From positions 1 through 63,136 of IMG/VR virus record IMGVR_UViG_3300036770_007416: a stretch of DNA of 63,136 nt; one strand, written 5' to 3'. How positions within the stretch are numbered: position 1 is the first letter of the stretch; every line of letters begins with the position of its first letter. The translations under genes were made by a program, and so were the position numbers. Shown here piece after piece: positions 28,209 through 39,479 of this stretch. Source of the stretch: a virus (Duplodnaviria; Caudoviricetes). A model generated the notes under the pieces. That model was not told the origin of the DNA. It made no database searches and saw only the letters and a program-made list of their open reading frames with translations.

Positions 28209-31200
28209 ATGGCATACCAAAATATCAATCAGTACAATTATAGGAAGATTGGCCTGAAACCCGTCAATGAAATTTTAGATTTCTGTTTGGCAGATGATGC
28301 TCGGGATTTCAACCAAGAAGTTATTTTTTCGCCACTTTTGATTGCGGAGAATGATGGAAATAGGATGCCTTTTAATTTTGATTTTAATTCTACAGGTACA
28401 ACCATATCTCCTGTACGACATGAGTTTTTATACGACACAATTGTTTCTCAAAATTATTACAATCCATCAGATATCGACCCGAATTTTTGTGCAAAAACCA
28501 CTGAGATTTGTGACGTTGGTTTAACAGGTATCGACAATGGATTAACAAAAGAAATGTCGGGTATTACAATGACCGCATACACAGGTCTTTATACCACAAC
28601 AGCCGAAACTTTTAATAGATACATCTACGACAGAAGGTTCAAGATGCACCCAATCTCAGGAAACACCACACCTCAAAATCGTTTGTGGAATGACAATTCT
28701 TATTCTTACGGGCTTTCTTATGTAAATGCTGGTGGTGACATCGGAACAGTTGCTCAACTTAACGGTGGATTTTATCAAGGTTTTTACAAGCTTCAAGGTT
28801 ATGACTACCAAGTATTCCCAACTCGTATGAGTCAAGGGTGGACGGTAGAAATGATGTTGAAATATAGGTTTACTGGTGATACAAACGTTGGACTCAACGC
28901 TCGTTATCCTGAAAACAAAGGTATTTTCTTTTTCTTAGGAACAAGAGCGGAAAACAAATTTTATCACTATGCCGATGGCCACCCGTCTTCTGACACAGGT
29001 TACACACGAGTAACTTCAGGACTTACTTGTATGCACACTTGTGGGTGTTCTGTAACGGGAGGTACAGGTGCTGATTGTATTCCTGTCTACCAACCATCAG
29101 GTGTAACATCATCGAATTGTAATTGTGGTTGTCCGTGTAGTTGTTCCACTCAAGCATCTGTCAAGGAATTAGACCCATTATATGATGGAGTATCAAACGC
29201 TATGTCGATACGTTTTAGTGGTGATACTGGTAATCCAAGAGTTTGTGTAAAAGAATATCTAATCACGGGAAGCTGTATCCCATCAGGAACTTGTTTGACA
29301 GGGACTAGTTTTGTGACAGGAGTTACAACCGTTGAGTGGTGTTCGACTCGTGGTATTTTTGAAGATTGTAAATTTACCCCCTACATTAATTTGGAACACT
29401 GGGTTCAGATTGATGCGGTGTTTGAACGGAACGCCTACTTGGATTGTAAAGACCTTGATTATTTGGGGGGTTTAGGTCAAATAGAACAAGAGGTCTTCAC
29501 TGCCACATCGGCCAATAATAGTATCAGTTTAGTAACTGACCCAATTACTCACGAAGAAGGATATTCGGGATACAAACCAGCCAAAACAACACAGGTTGAA
29601 ATCACCGACTTGTGGTTGGAGGAAAGGAAATACAGACTCGGGACTCTGAAAATTTTCGTCAACGGTAAACTCCTTATGGTCTGTGAAGACTTTGAGGAAA
29701 TTATACCAAGACCTCTTAACACATACAAGGAGAGACAAGTTGGTGTTCCATTTAATATTTCGATTGGTGGAGGAACACAAGGACTAAAAGACAACTTAAC
29801 TTTTTCAGGTGGATGTCCTCCTGAAATTTCGGAAATAGTCTATCAACAAGACCCCGAGTGTCTGACAACTGAAGATTTGGATAATACAATTTATTCAGGA
29901 CTGTCAACAAACATTTACCTCGAAGAAATTTTCGGAGGTAGTTTTATCGGAGCCATCAGTGCATTCAGAATGTATGTTGACCCATTAGATGCCTCTGAGG
30001 TTAAACACAACTTCAGACTGCTTCAAAACAAATATGGACTTCTTGACCCTGATTGTCCGAACTGTGCTATTATTGTTCCCGCGAATGACCTCACTTATCT
30101 TGTTATTCCTGACGAAGATTTAGTTTATTTAATCATTCCTGATGATGATTTGGGTTACATTTTGATTCCTGAAAACGACTTAACATATGAAGAGTTGTTA
30201 GGGAATATTGTTGATGTGCAGTCTAATTATTCTCAGGGGTCGATTGTTGGAGATTTTTCTGCAGTTGGTAGTAGAGTTTTCGATGTACCAACAACCATCA
30301 GTTTCACAGTACAACTTGACACACTTACGGGGTCTCCAATAAATGAGGAGGTCAATATCTTTATAGATACGGGTGAGATTTCGGGAACAACTTCTAATGA
30401 AGTCGGTGGTAATTACCGTGATTTGTCTCTTTCGGGTTCTTACTTAAGTCTTAGCGCAAATACTTCAGGTCAGAGTATTAATATTTTCTCATTTACTACA
30501 GGTATAACTTTCGAAGTTCTTGAGACGGTTACTCCAACCCCAACGGTTACAAACACGCAAACTCCAACTAACACGCCTTCAAACACCCCATCAGTAACAA
30601 CTACTCAGACCCAAACAAATACTCCATCAAATAGCCAAACACCAACTAACACACCTTCGAACACACCATCGGGTACTGTAACTCCAACTCAGACCGCAAC
30701 AACTACAATGACACCAACCCCGAGTGCGACAGTTGGGTTGACACCAACCGCAACTGAATCACCAACACCAACTCAGACATTAACTCCAACAAATACTGAA
30801 ACGCCAACAAATACCCCGAGCGAAACACCAACAAATACTCCAACCTCAACTTTTACTCAAACCCCAACTCAAACTTCAACTGAAACCCCAACTAACACAC
30901 CCACATCCACAAACACTGAAACTCCAACCGAGACTCCTACGAATACACCAACTGAGAACCCAACAAATACACCAACCCATACGGCAACTCCAACTCCAAC
31001 ACCAACTTTACCGAATGAAGGATTCTTACTTCAAGAAAATTTGTTTATGATTCTTCAAGATGATGGTTACGGAATTTTGATTGAACCAATTCAAGCAACA
31101 CCCACGCTGACTCCAACACACACTCAAACACCAACACCAACTGTTGGGACAGTGACAATTGAGTTAGAAGGTGAATATTCACCTGGGTCAATTAATGCTC

Positions 31201-32966
31201 TTTACATTGCAACAGCAAACACAACATTGGATTCGGATGTTGAAATATTTTTTGTTGATGTATTAGGTACAACAACAGGTTCTCCAATTTCTCTGAGCGG
31301 TTCCGTTATTATAACTTCAGGTTCAAGTGTTGGAACGAGTTATTATACAATTGCCGGTGATTACGCTGAATTAAACAAAGTTTCAAACTTTAATGAAATT
31401 ACTTATGAAGTTACTGGCTCAAGCATAAATGTTCAAGTTAATACCAATTCTGTTTTTGATGTTACACCTACCCCAACAAACACATCTTCAATCACTCCAA
31501 CACCAACTATAACACCAAGTTCAAATATCGTAACTTCAGGTTTGATAATTCAACTTGATGCCAATAATACAACGAGTTACCCGGGTACAGGTACTTCAGT
31601 ATTCAATTTACAAAGTGGTTCATACACACACACATTAACAAATGCACCATTTACAATTTTGAATGGTATCAAATGTTTTGATTGTAATGGTCTCAGTACA
31701 ACAATTTCAGTTCCTAATGATACAGGTCCAATACTACCTACGACAGGCTATACTTACATAACTTGGGCAAGAATTAAAACAAGTTCTTCAACATACAGAA
31801 CTCTATTTAGAACCTTACCTTCGGACCACCCTATACTAGTTGATATTCTAACTGATAATTTAGGTTTTTGGAATAACGAGACCTCATCATTTACTGACTC
31901 GGGATATGATGTAACACCAATTGAAGACGTTTGGGTTCAATATACAGTTGTTGGTGATTCTTCAAGTAGTATATTCTACATTAATGGTGCACAAGTTGGG
32001 ACTGTTGCTTTGGGGGCGGGTGGAAATACCCATTGGGCTTGGGGTTCAATTGTTGGACAACCTTTCGGATATGTTGCTAACATGTATTTTTACAACAGAA
32101 AACTTTCCTTGGGTGAAATTACACAACAATACGATTTCTTAGCACCAAGATTTGTTGAACCATCTCCAACACCTACCAACACTCCCACTAACACTAATAC
32201 CCCTACTGTTACACCAACAACATCCCCTACGGTTACCCCAACAATTACACCAACACCATCATCAACACCTGCGATTGTAACAAATAATTTACAATTCTAT
32301 GTTTCACCTGAAAGTTACATTGGTTCAGGAACTGTTTGGAATTCCTCCGCTGGTTCAACAGATGCGACTTTATCAGGAAGTCCCACATACAACGTATTGA
32401 GTGGATTCACATTTGACGGTAGTACTTCTTATGGTAGAATACCAAGTGTGAATGGAGTCACGAATTTTACAAACACACAACAATATACTGTCGAAGTGTG
32501 GTTTAATCCTTCAAATGGACAACCAAACTCAGGTGAAGCGGAATTGTTGGAGAAGTGGAATTTGAATAACGAATCAAGATACCCATATACTATTAGATTT
32601 AATGAAGGGGGTAGTAGTATGTTAGTTGCTGTTTTTGATGGTACAGGTCCAGGTTTCCGTAACGTTTCAGTTTCTGGTTTCCCTGTAAACACATGGAGAC
32701 AGATTGTTGCGGTATTTGATTTTGTCGCTGGAACCCTCACAGTTTATAATAACGGTGTTTCGGGTGGTTCAACTAGTTTAGTTGGTGTGGGACAAGTAAG
32801 TAACACAAGTCCTGTAGGTATTGCGGGTAGAGTCGCTCAAGGTACAGGGGCTTTGCAAGTTCCATTCAAAGGTACCGTCGGAATTATAAGAATATACAAT
32901 GCACCATTGACGGCGTTTCAAGTTTTACAAAACTTCAATGCCGATAAAACCAAATACGGACTCTAA
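28209..32966 (+). CDS. large virion fibre/decoration protein with ConA/LamG-like domains and mucin-like Thr/Pro tracts (1585 aa)
   Basis: Two C-terminal LamG-like domains (YINGAQV..YNRKLS; [19 protein letters not shown]), an N-terminal LamG-like region, T/P tracts and a late motif. Confidence 0.75.
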   Translation: MAYQNINQYNYRKIGLKPVNEILDFCLADDARDFNQEVIFSPLLIAENDGNRMPFNFDFNSTGTTISPVRHEFLYDTIVSQNYYNPSDIDPNFCAKTTEICDVGLTGIDNGLTKEMSGITMTAYTGLYTTTAETFNRYIYDRRFKMHPISGNTTPQNRLWNDNSYSYGLSYVNAGGDIGTVAQLNGGFYQGFYKLQGYDYQVFPTRMSQGWTVEMMLKYRFTGDTNVGLNARYPENKGIFFFLGTRAENKFYHYADGHPSSDTGYTRVTSGLTCMHTCGCSVTGGTGADCIPVYQPSGVTSSNCNCGCPCSCSTQASVKELDPLYDGVSNAMSIRFSGDTGNPRVCVKEYLITGSCIPSGTCLTGTSFVTGVTTVEWCSTRGIFEDCKFTPYINLEHWVQIDAVFERNAYLDCKDLDYLGGLGQIEQEVFTATSANNSISLVTDPITHEEGYSGYKPAKTTQVEITDLWLEERKYRLGTLKIFVNGKLLMVCEDFEEIIPRPLNTYKERQVGVPFNISIGGGTQGLKDNLTFSGGCPPEISEIVYQQDPECLTTEDLDNTIYSGLSTNIYLEEIFGGSFIGAISAFRMYVDPLDASEVKHNFRLLQNKYGLLDPDCPNCAIIVPANDLTYLVIPDEDLVYLIIPDDDLGYILIPENDLTYEELLGNIVDVQSNYSQGSIVGDFSAVGSRVFDVPTTISFTVQLDTLTGSPINEEVNIFIDTGEISGTTSNEVGGNYRDLSLSGSYLSLSANTSGQSINIFSFTTGITFEVLETVTPTPTVTNTQTPTNTPSNTPSVTTTQTQTNTPSNSQTPTNTPSNTPSGTVTPTQTATTTMTPTPSATVGLTPTATESPTPTQTLTPTNTETPTNTPSETPTNTPTSTFTQTPTQTSTETPTNTPTSTNTETPTETPTNTPTENPTNTPTHTATPTPTPTLPNEGFLLQENLFMILQDDGYGILIEPIQATPTLTPTHTQTPTPTVGTVTIELEGEYSPGSINALYIATANTTLDSDVEIFFVDVLGTTTGSPISLSGSVIITSGSSVGTSYYTIAGDYAELNKVSNFNEITYEVTGSSINVQVNTNSVFDVTPTPTNTSSITPTPTITPSSNIVTSGLIIQLDANNTTSYPGTGTSVFNLQSGSYTHTLTNAPFTILNGIKCFDCNGLSTTISVPNDTGPILPTTGYTYITWARIKTSSSTYRTLFRTLPSDHPILVDILTDNLGFWNNETSSFTDSGYDVTPIEDVWVQYTVVGDSSSSIFYINGAQVGTVALGAGGNTHWAWGSIVGQPFGYVANMYFYNRKLSLGEITQQYDFLAPRFVEPSPTPTNTPTNTNTPTVTPTTSPTVTPTITPTPSSTPAIVTNNLQFYVSPESYIGSGTVWNSSAGSTDATLSGSPTYNVLSGFTFDGSTSYGRIPSVNGVTNFTNTQQYTVEVWFNPSNGQPNSGEAELLEKWNLNNESRYPYTIRFNEGGSSMLVAVFDGTGPGFRNVSVSGFPVNTWRQIVAVFDFVAGTLTVYNNGVSGGSTSLVGVGQVSNTSPVGIAGRVAQGTGALQVPFKGTVGIIRIYNAPLTAFQVLQNFNADKTKYGL
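30084..30195 (+). repeat. 10-aa tandem repeat ([10 protein letters not shown]-type, ~3.5 copies)
   Basis: [37 protein letters not shown]. Confidence 0.8.
30525..31013 (+). repeat. mucin-like Thr/Pro tract (~160 aa)
   Basis: Degenerate TPT/TNTP/TETP repeats. Confidence 0.9.
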
Positions 32967-32981
32967 TATTTATAAAATAAA

Positions 32982-33623
32982 ATGCCAAATTTACCCATAT
33001 CCCAATTACCTGACATCTCAACTTCGAGTGCTGGAAGACTTATCTCAACAGGAGAATTTGCCGTTGCCCAAGATGGTACAACATATAAAGTTCCAAGTTC
33101 AGGTCTAAACCCCTATCCTGTTGTTTACGGATTGTTTTCTCAAACAGGAAATAGTGTAACCGTAAGTGGTACTACTTCAGAAACGACAATATTGGGAAGT
33201 GGAACCGGAACACTGAGTGTACCTGCAAATGGTTTTTCAGTTGGTGATAGTTTTCAGTGTATTATCGGTGGAATTTTGGACAATACAAATGATACTCTAA
33301 CAATCAGACTGAAGACTGGCTCTGTTATTCTTGCTGAGAGTAGCGCTTTTGACCCATCATCAGATGAAGATATTTTCTTTATGAACGTATACTTTACAAT
33401 AAGGGCAATCGGTACCACGGGTGTTGCATCAATATCAACTCATGGAAATTTCCAAGTAGTTAAAGGTAACGGACAAGTTTATGGGACCGCGTTTCAAACA
33501 ATAAATAATTCCACTTTCGACACCACAATTCCAAATACTTTGGATATTACAGTTCAATTTAGCAGTGATAACCCATTGAATTTGATTTATAGTGATTTAT
33601 TTGTTTTGAACAAGATATTTTAA
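32982..33623 (+). CDS. putative tail fibre/appendage protein
   Basis: N-terminal PISQLP...VAQDGTTYKV motif of fibre proteins; TATTTATA upstream. Confidence 0.55.
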   Translation: MPNLPISQLPDISTSSAGRLISTGEFAVAQDGTTYKVPSSGLNPYPVVYGLFSQTGNSVTVSGTTSETTILGSGTGTLSVPANGFSVGDSFQCIIGGILDNTNDTLTIRLKTGSVILAESSAFDPSSDEDIFFMNVYFTIRAIGTTGVASISTHGNFQVVKGNGQVYGTAFQTINNSTFDTTIPNTLDITVQFSSDNPLNLIYSDLFVLNKIF

Positions 33624-33641
33624 TTTCTTAACAAAAACCTC

Positions 33642-34208
33642 ATGTCTTGTTTATACTACAGAATAACCAATTATAATTCCATCCAAGATGGTTATTATAA
33701 GTGGACAGGTTGTACTGGTAGTGTAAACATTACTCAAATATCCCCTTTATTTTCTGAAAGTATTTGTGCAGAATCAATTACAGTTGAGTTGTATGGTGCA
33801 CCTTTGACAATAGTTAATATGGGTCCTTGTCCATCTTCAACACCAACACCCACGGTTTCACCTTCAGTCACTCCAACAGTGAGTCTTAGTGCGACTCCAA
33901 CGACACAAACCCCCACACCAACAAATACTGTTACACCATCTGTAACCCCTTCTCCCGTTTATGTGAGAAATTTGAGAACGGGTGGATATTTTCAAGATGT
34001 CTGTCAACAAATAAATCAATTTGGTGGGTTTGCCGCTAACGTCACGGTGTATTCAACAAAACCATTCAACCAATTAACAGTCGGAGACCATGTATTTGGT
34101 AACCGAGAGTTAACGATACCACCAATCGGAGCAAACTTTACAATTTCTGATGGGGTAAAAATTATTCAGATAAGTGGAACACTAATAATCAATACCGGTG
34201 TTTGTTGA
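33642..34208 (+). CDS. Cys-module/Thr-Pro protein (188 aa)
   Basis: Four-Cys N-module, ~40 aa T/P/S linker, two-Cys C-module. Confidence 0.7.
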   Translation: MSCLYYRITNYNSIQDGYYKWTGCTGSVNITQISPLFSESICAESITVELYGAPLTIVNMGPCPSSTPTPTVSPSVTPTVSLSATPTTQTPTPTNTVTPSVTPSPVYVRNLRTGGYFQDVCQQINQFGGFAANVTVYSTKPFNQLTVGDHVFGNRELTIPPIGANFTISDGVKIIQISGTLIINTGVC

Positions 34209-34243
34209 TAAAAACTAATTCGAGATTTTGAGTATTTATTGTT

Positions 34244-36142
34244 ATGGCTTTAGGTATAAGAATTTTAAGTGAAAATTTAAGCGGACAAACTGTTAACGTT
34301 ACTTACTTACCATCTTCAGGTGGAACAATCGATTTGGGTACTCAAGTTATCCCGTTCAATTACTTAAGTTCTTACTACTTTGGACTCTACGAGGTTTACT
34401 CACCAACATATGGATATACCTACACCTTGGAAGTACCAGGTCCATCACCTTCTCCTACGCCCACTTCAACAGCAACACCAACGCCAACGCCAAGTGTAAC
34501 GGTAACAAATACACCAACAGGAACGCCAACATCAACACCTTCAACAACACCAACTAATACTCCAACTGAAACCTCAACACCCACACCGAGTCCTTCAAGA
34601 GCTACGTTCTTGGTATATTCGGGTACATCGGCCATCGATGCTTGTGAAAGAATTGTATCTACGGTACTTTACGGAGACAACAGTCAATTTGATTTGAACA
34701 CCCAATTCTTCAACACACCAACAGGACCATCAACAATTGATTTAACAGGATATTACAGTTATAACTCGTTGATTGTTGAATTGAACTCTTTGGGTGTGGA
34801 GATAGGTGGCTACAGTATTTGTCCTACAGTAACAAGTACAGTTACACCAACTCAAACTGAGACGCCAACACAGACCCCATCACAAACGCCAACACAAACG
34901 ATTACTCAAACACCAACAAGAACACAGACTCCAACACCTTCAATAAATTACTATACGTATTTTGTTGGTTCAGGTTCAACTTTTGATGATGCATGTTATA
35001 ACTTTGTGGGTTCACCATTCAACATTTATGCACCTTTATCTGCGGGTATCGGACCAAACGTGTTCGAAATTGTTTATGAAACAGGTGGTAATCCACCAAC
35101 AAACCCAGTTGGGGACGGATTCTATTCTAATGGAATCTACGTATTTGAAGTAAGCGGAGGTCAAGGTGAAATTATTTTCTTGGACCCAAATGGTTGTTTA
35201 GATGCACCAACACAAACACCAACTCAGACTCAGACTCAGACTCCAACAAACACTCAGACTCCAACACAAACTCAAACACCGACTAATACTTCAACACAAA
35301 CACCGACAGCAACACAACCAAATAGAACTGCCTTTAGCGTATACAGTGGTACATCAATTATCGAATCTTGTTCTGAGGTTAATACCCCAGTGACAGTATA
35401 TGGTAACAATTCAGTATGGGGAGATGTCACCGCAATTTTGAATGTACCTACAGGTCCCGCAACGATTGACATGACAGGGTTCTATAATTTCGGAGGAATT
35501 TCAATCGAAGTTGATTCCACGGGACAGTTGGTTTCGGCCTCTTTATGTATAACTCAAACACCAACACATACACCAACTCCGACAACAACACCATCTGAAA
35601 CACCAACTCAAACACCTACCGAAACTCCGACAAATACCCCGTCTGAGACACCAACTCAAACACCTACAGAAACACCTACCGAAACTCCGACAAATACCCC
35701 CTCTGAAACACAAACTCAAACACCTACGGGAACACCTACAGAAACCCCAACTCAGACACCAACAGAAACACCCACGGGAACACCTACAGGAACCCCAACG
35801 CCAACTCCGACAATACCAGCTACAGTCCAAATTAAAAACGAAAATACTAATGGTGCAATTATAAATTCTATTGGGGCCGCTGGTAATTGGGCATTCTCTC
35901 CCACTCCGTCTTTCCCTATTTTATTTGGAGAAACTGGTTTTAGTTATTTGACTCAAAATATTTTAAGTGGTGACATACTTACTTACGATATACAAGGAAC
36001 TAGCGGACCAACTTTTACTTTGACCATCCTGAAGAATGGTATCTTTGTAGATAGTATTACTAACACAGTTCCGTATGCAGACGCTTATGTATTTACAGAA
36101 AGTTTCTTGATAACGGATATATTAACAATAACTCTTACTTGA
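34244..36142 (+). CDS. mucin-like virion protein (632 aa): four Thr/Pro tracts and three two-Cys modules
   Basis: T/P tracts at about 34441-34597, 34823-34942, 35206-35320 and 35551-35818; TATTTAT 4 nt before the ATG. Confidence 0.75.
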   Translation: MALGIRILSENLSGQTVNVTYLPSSGGTIDLGTQVIPFNYLSSYYFGLYEVYSPTYGYTYTLEVPGPSPSPTPTSTATPTPTPSVTVTNTPTGTPTSTPSTTPTNTPTETSTPTPSPSRATFLVYSGTSAIDACERIVSTVLYGDNSQFDLNTQFFNTPTGPSTIDLTGYYSYNSLIVELNSLGVEIGGYSICPTVTSTVTPTQTETPTQTPSQTPTQTITQTPTRTQTPTPSINYYTYFVGSGSTFDDACYNFVGSPFNIYAPLSAGIGPNVFEIVYETGGNPPTNPVGDGFYSNGIYVFEVSGGQGEIIFLDPNGCLDAPTQTPTQTQTQTPTNTQTPTQTQTPTNTSTQTPTATQPNRTAFSVYSGTSIIESCSEVNTPVTVYGNNSVWGDVTAILNVPTGPATIDMTGFYNFGGISIEVDSTGQLVSASLCITQTPTHTPTPTTTPSETPTQTPTETPTNTPSETPTQTPTETPTETPTNTPSETQTQTPTGTPTETPTQTPTETPTGTPTGTPTPTPTIPATVQIKNENTNGAIINSIGAAGNWAFSPTPSFPILFGETGFSYLTQNILSGDILTYDIQGTSGPTFTLTILKNGIFVDSITNTVPYADAYVFTESFLITDILTITLT

Positions 36143-36205
36143 TGAATTTTTCCCGAAAAAACAAATTTAAGCTCAGGACTAATATTTATAATATAAAAAA
36201 CAACA

Positions 36206-37414
36206 ATGGCTTGTAGAAAATATATTTTGACCAACAACACTTCATCGAATGGAGTTTATTCTTATCAGGAATGTTCAAATCAACTGTGGATTTATGACAT
36301 TCTCTTACCAGCCGGTTCAGTCAACAACATTTGGTTGACAGAAGGAACTTTTAACACCGCAATGCCTGCAATCGTTACTTTTACGGACTTGGGACCTTTT
36401 CCATTCGTCGTTACACCAACATCTACCGTAACAAGTACTCCAACGCCAACAATGACCCCAACTCAAACTCAAACACAAACTCCAACCCAAACACAAACTC
36501 CAACTCAAACCGAAACACCGACCCAAACCTCAACACAAACACCTTCGGCCACCACTACCCTTACAGCATCACAAACTCAGACACAAACTCCAAGTCAGAC
36601 CGAAACACCAACCCAAACCCCAACTCAAACTCAGACACAAACTCCGAGTCAGACAACCACCCAAACTCCAACAAATACACACACTTCAACTCAGACCATG
36701 ACTCCAACTCCGAGTGTAACACCACCAATAAGGACCGCATTTTTAGTTTACCCAGGTTCAACGTTAGTTGAATCTTGTAGTCAAACATTATCACAAATCA
36801 CTGTTTACGGAAATGATGCTGTTTGGGGAGACGTGACAGCAGTGCTTGATGTACCAACTGGACCAGCAACTATTAATATGACTGGTTTCTACAACTTCAA
36901 TGGTATTAGTATCGAGGTTGATAGCACGGGTCAATTCGTTAACATTTCTACATGTGTAACACCAACACAAACAACAACAAACACATCAACTCCAACGGAA
37001 ACACCAACCAACACACCGACACCAAGTGAATCACCGACTCAGACTCCTACATCAACTGAGACACCGACTCAGACTCCTACATCAACTGAGACACCGACTC
37101 AGACGCCAACTCAAACCGCAACACCAACTGAAACAACAACTCAGACACCAACACCAACACCAACAATATCTTATTGGGTTTATACTTTGACATCAGGAGC
37201 AACCGCGAACGATGCGTGTACAAGTGTAACAACATATACAATTTATTCGAGTTCATCGTTCCCTCAAGGACCAACAGTTGGGGAATTCTTATTCCTTGAT
37301 TCAGCACTGACTAATCCTGTAAATAACGGATGGTGGGGAGACGGTTCTTCCGCATTCGAAACTGATGACACCATAGGTTCACCAGGACAAATATTAACTG
37401 AAGACCCTTGTTAA
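36206..37414 (+). CDS. mucin-like virion protein (402 aa)
   Basis: T/P/Q tracts at about 36410-36727 and 36957-37165 between Cys modules paralogous to those of the upstream gene; TATTTATA at 36183. Confidence 0.75.
   Translation: MACRKYILTNNTSSNGVYSYQECSNQLWIYDILLPAGSVNNIWLTEGTFNTAMPAIVTFTDLGPFPFVVTPTSTVTSTPTPTMTPTQTQTQTPTQTQTPTQTETPTQTSTQTPSATTTLTASQTQTQTPSQTETPTQTPTQTQTQTPSQTTTQTPTNTHTSTQTMTPTPSVTPPIRTAFLVYPGSTLVESCSQTLSQITVYGNDAVWGDVTAVLDVPTGPATINMTGFYNFNGISIEVDSTGQFVNISTCVTPTQTTTNTSTPTETPTNTPTPSESPTQTPTSTETPTQTPTSTETPTQTPTQTATPTETTTQTPTPTPTISYWVYTLTSGATANDACTSVTTYTIYSSSSFPQGPTVGEFLFLDSALTNPVNNGWWGDGSSAFETDDTIGSPGQILTEDPC
37032..37104 (+). repeat. perfect 30-nt tandem repeat (2.4 copies)
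   Basis: caccgactcagactcctacatcaactgaga twice plus a partial copy; encodes PTQTPTSTET. Confidence 0.9.
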
Positions 37415-37420
37415 ATTTAC

Positions 37421-37450
37421 GACCCCTCTTTTGAGGGGTTTTTCTTTTTC
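37421..37450 (+). terminator. intrinsic terminator
   Basis: ACCCCTC-TTTT-GAGGGGT followed by TTTTCTTTTT. Confidence 0.85.
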
Positions 37451-37503
37451 TGATATTCAGTTTGTAATCTTATTGTTTATTTTTTTTGTAAAAAATTGGA
37501 TTA

Positions 37504-38751
37504 ATGAAAATATTTGTTCAGATTGCCTCTTATAGAGACCCCCAACTTGTTCATACGTTAAAGAACATGATTGAAAATGCTAAACGACCAAAAAACCTAA
37601 GAATTGGTATTGCAAGACAGTTTAGCCCCGACGATAAATTTGATGATTTAACCGAATACGAAAAGGATAAAAGATTCAGAATTCTGAATATCCCATACCA
37701 AGAAGCGCAGGGTGTTTGTTGGGCACGTAACTTAGTACAACAACTTTATGAAGGGGAGGAGTACACACTTCAAATTGATTCTCATATGAGATTTGCCCCG
37801 AATTGGGACGATGAGATGATTAAAATGATTAAGCAACTTCAGAAGAAAGGTCACAAAAAACCTCTGTTGACTGGTTACGTTTCTTCATTTGACCCTGACA
37901 ATGACCCGGCAGGAAGAGTTCAAGAACCTTGGAGAATGGTGTTTGATAGATTTATACCTGAGGGTGCAGTATTCTTTTTACCTGAGACGATACCAGGTTG
38001 GAGAGATTTGAAAGAACCAACTACTGCAAGATTTTATTCGGCCCACTACGCATTTACATTGGGACAATTTTCCAACGAAGTTCAACACAATCCGAATTAT
38101 TATTTTCATGGTGAAGAAATTTCGATTGCTGCTAGAGCATATACTTGGGGTTATGATTTGTTCCACCCCCATAAGGTTTTGATTTGGCACGAATACACAC
38201 GTAAAGGAAGAACCAAACAATGGGATGATGACAAACAATGGGTTGACCGAAATAATAAATCACACCTCACCAACCGAAAGTTGTTTGGTATGGACGGTGA
38301 AATTCAAGAGGGTCATGATGGACCATTTGGATTTGGAACTGAAAGAACGTTGAGAGATTACGAAAAGTATTCAGGTTTGTTGTTTGAAAAAAGAGCGGTA
38401 CAACAATATACTTTGGACAAACATTATCCACCAAACCCCTACAACTACGAAACTGAAGAAGATTGGAAGAAAGACTTTGCTCAAGTTTTCAAACATTGTA
38501 TTGATGTAGGTTACCCTAGTGTGCCTGAAACTGATTATGATTTTTGGGTTGTTGCTTTCCACGGAGAAGATGATTCCACATTATTCAGAAAAGACGCCGA
38601 CAAGGCAGAGATTTCAAGAATGATGAATGACCCTGACAAATATTGTAAGATTTGGAGAGAATTCCAAACCACGCAAAAACCTAAGTATTGGGTTGTGTGG
38701 CCTCACTCAGAATCTAAAGGTTGGTGTGACCGTTTAACAGGAAATTTGTAA
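37504..38751 (+). CDS. GT60 polypeptide alpha-GlcNAc transferase (Skp1 Gnt1 / protist mucin-initiating ppGlcNAcT-like)
   Basis: IFVQIASYRDPQL, GVCWAR, LQIDSHMRF (DxH), YFHGEEI, WHEY. Confidence 0.85.
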   Translation: MKIFVQIASYRDPQLVHTLKNMIENAKRPKNLRIGIARQFSPDDKFDDLTEYEKDKRFRILNIPYQEAQGVCWARNLVQQLYEGEEYTLQIDSHMRFAPNWDDEMIKMIKQLQKKGHKKPLLTGYVSSFDPDNDPAGRVQEPWRMVFDRFIPEGAVFFLPETIPGWRDLKEPTTARFYSAHYAFTLGQFSNEVQHNPNYYFHGEEISIAARAYTWGYDLFHPHKVLIWHEYTRKGRTKQWDDDKQWVDRNNKSHLTNRKLFGMDGEIQEGHDGPFGFGTERTLRDYEKYSGLLFEKRAVQQYTLDKHYPPNPYNYETEEDWKKDFAQVFKHCIDVGYPSVPETDYDFWVVAFHGEDDSTLFRKDADKAEISRMMNDPDKYCKIWREFQTTQKPKYWVVWPHSESKGWCDRLTGNL

Positions 38752-39479
38752 TGGACTTAAATAATATTTACAAATACGTTGTCAATTTAGATAGAAGAAC
38801 TGACAGGATGGAATCCATAAAATTTGAAATGGATTACATTGGTTGGGAGTATGAAAGGTTTAGTGCAATTGACACTAATAGTCACGGTGGTTGTTCTTTG
38901 TCACACATTGAAATAATAAAACAAGCAATCTCGAAAGGGTTGGATGAAGTGATGGTTATTGAGGACGATTGTTCGGTTATGCCCTATGCAAAGTCTTTGA
39001 TAGAAAAAATTACCTCAGATACTGAAGGTACTGAATATGGTATTTTGAACTTATCACCAACACTTAATCGTCCTGTGAATAAAAGTGAACGACATAGTAC
39101 TTTATTGGATTTAACAAATTTCCCACCAATGATGGAACATCATAGAGGAATTTTTGCAACAAACATGATTGTCTATCATCATAGTATTTACGATGAGGTT
39201 TTGAAATTGGAACCAAGAGAATTTTTGGGATACTATGCAATAGATGATTTCATTTATCAATTTGTTATGAGTAAACACCAAAGTTATGCACCTGTTTTAC
39301 CAATTGCACCACAAATAAGTGATTGGTCGGATGTATCTCACGGTAACTATAATAATTTTTACACTCAAACTTATAATTGGAATCAATATTCTCCAATAAA
39401 AATTCCTTCCGAATTTCTCAATCTTGGATACAATATTCAAACTAAACAAGAAAAACTTTTTCACGATATTTCTTTATGA
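38751..39479 (+). CDS. glycosyltransferase family 25 (beta-galactosyltransferase-like)
   Basis: VVNLDRRTDR, RFSAID, GCSLSH, VIEDD, IDDF. Confidence 0.8.
   Translation: MDLNNIYKYVVNLDRRTDRMESIKFEMDYIGWEYERFSAIDTNSHGGCSLSHIEIIKQAISKGLDEVMVIEDDCSVMPYAKSLIEKITSDTEGTEYGILNLSPTLNRPVNKSERHSTLLDLTNFPPMMEHHRGIFATNMIVYHHSIYDEVLKLEPREFLGYYAIDDFIYQFVMSKHQSYAPVLPIAPQISDWSDVSHGNYNNFYTQTYNWNQYSPIKIPSEFLNLGYNIQTKQEKLFHDISL

Noticed and set aside
30525-37165. Repetitive DNA resembling a CRISPR array or DGR repeats
   Set aside because: The repeats are in-frame coding T/P tracts with no constant repeat-spacer period. No cas or reverse transcriptase gene is in the window, and module differences are not adenine-specific.
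34420-37307. Minus-strand ORFs rich in Val/Gly or Cys/Arg/Trp (34420, 35543, 36317, 36561, 37077)
   Set aside because: They are antisense shadows of ACN/CCN codon repeats, which lack stop codons.
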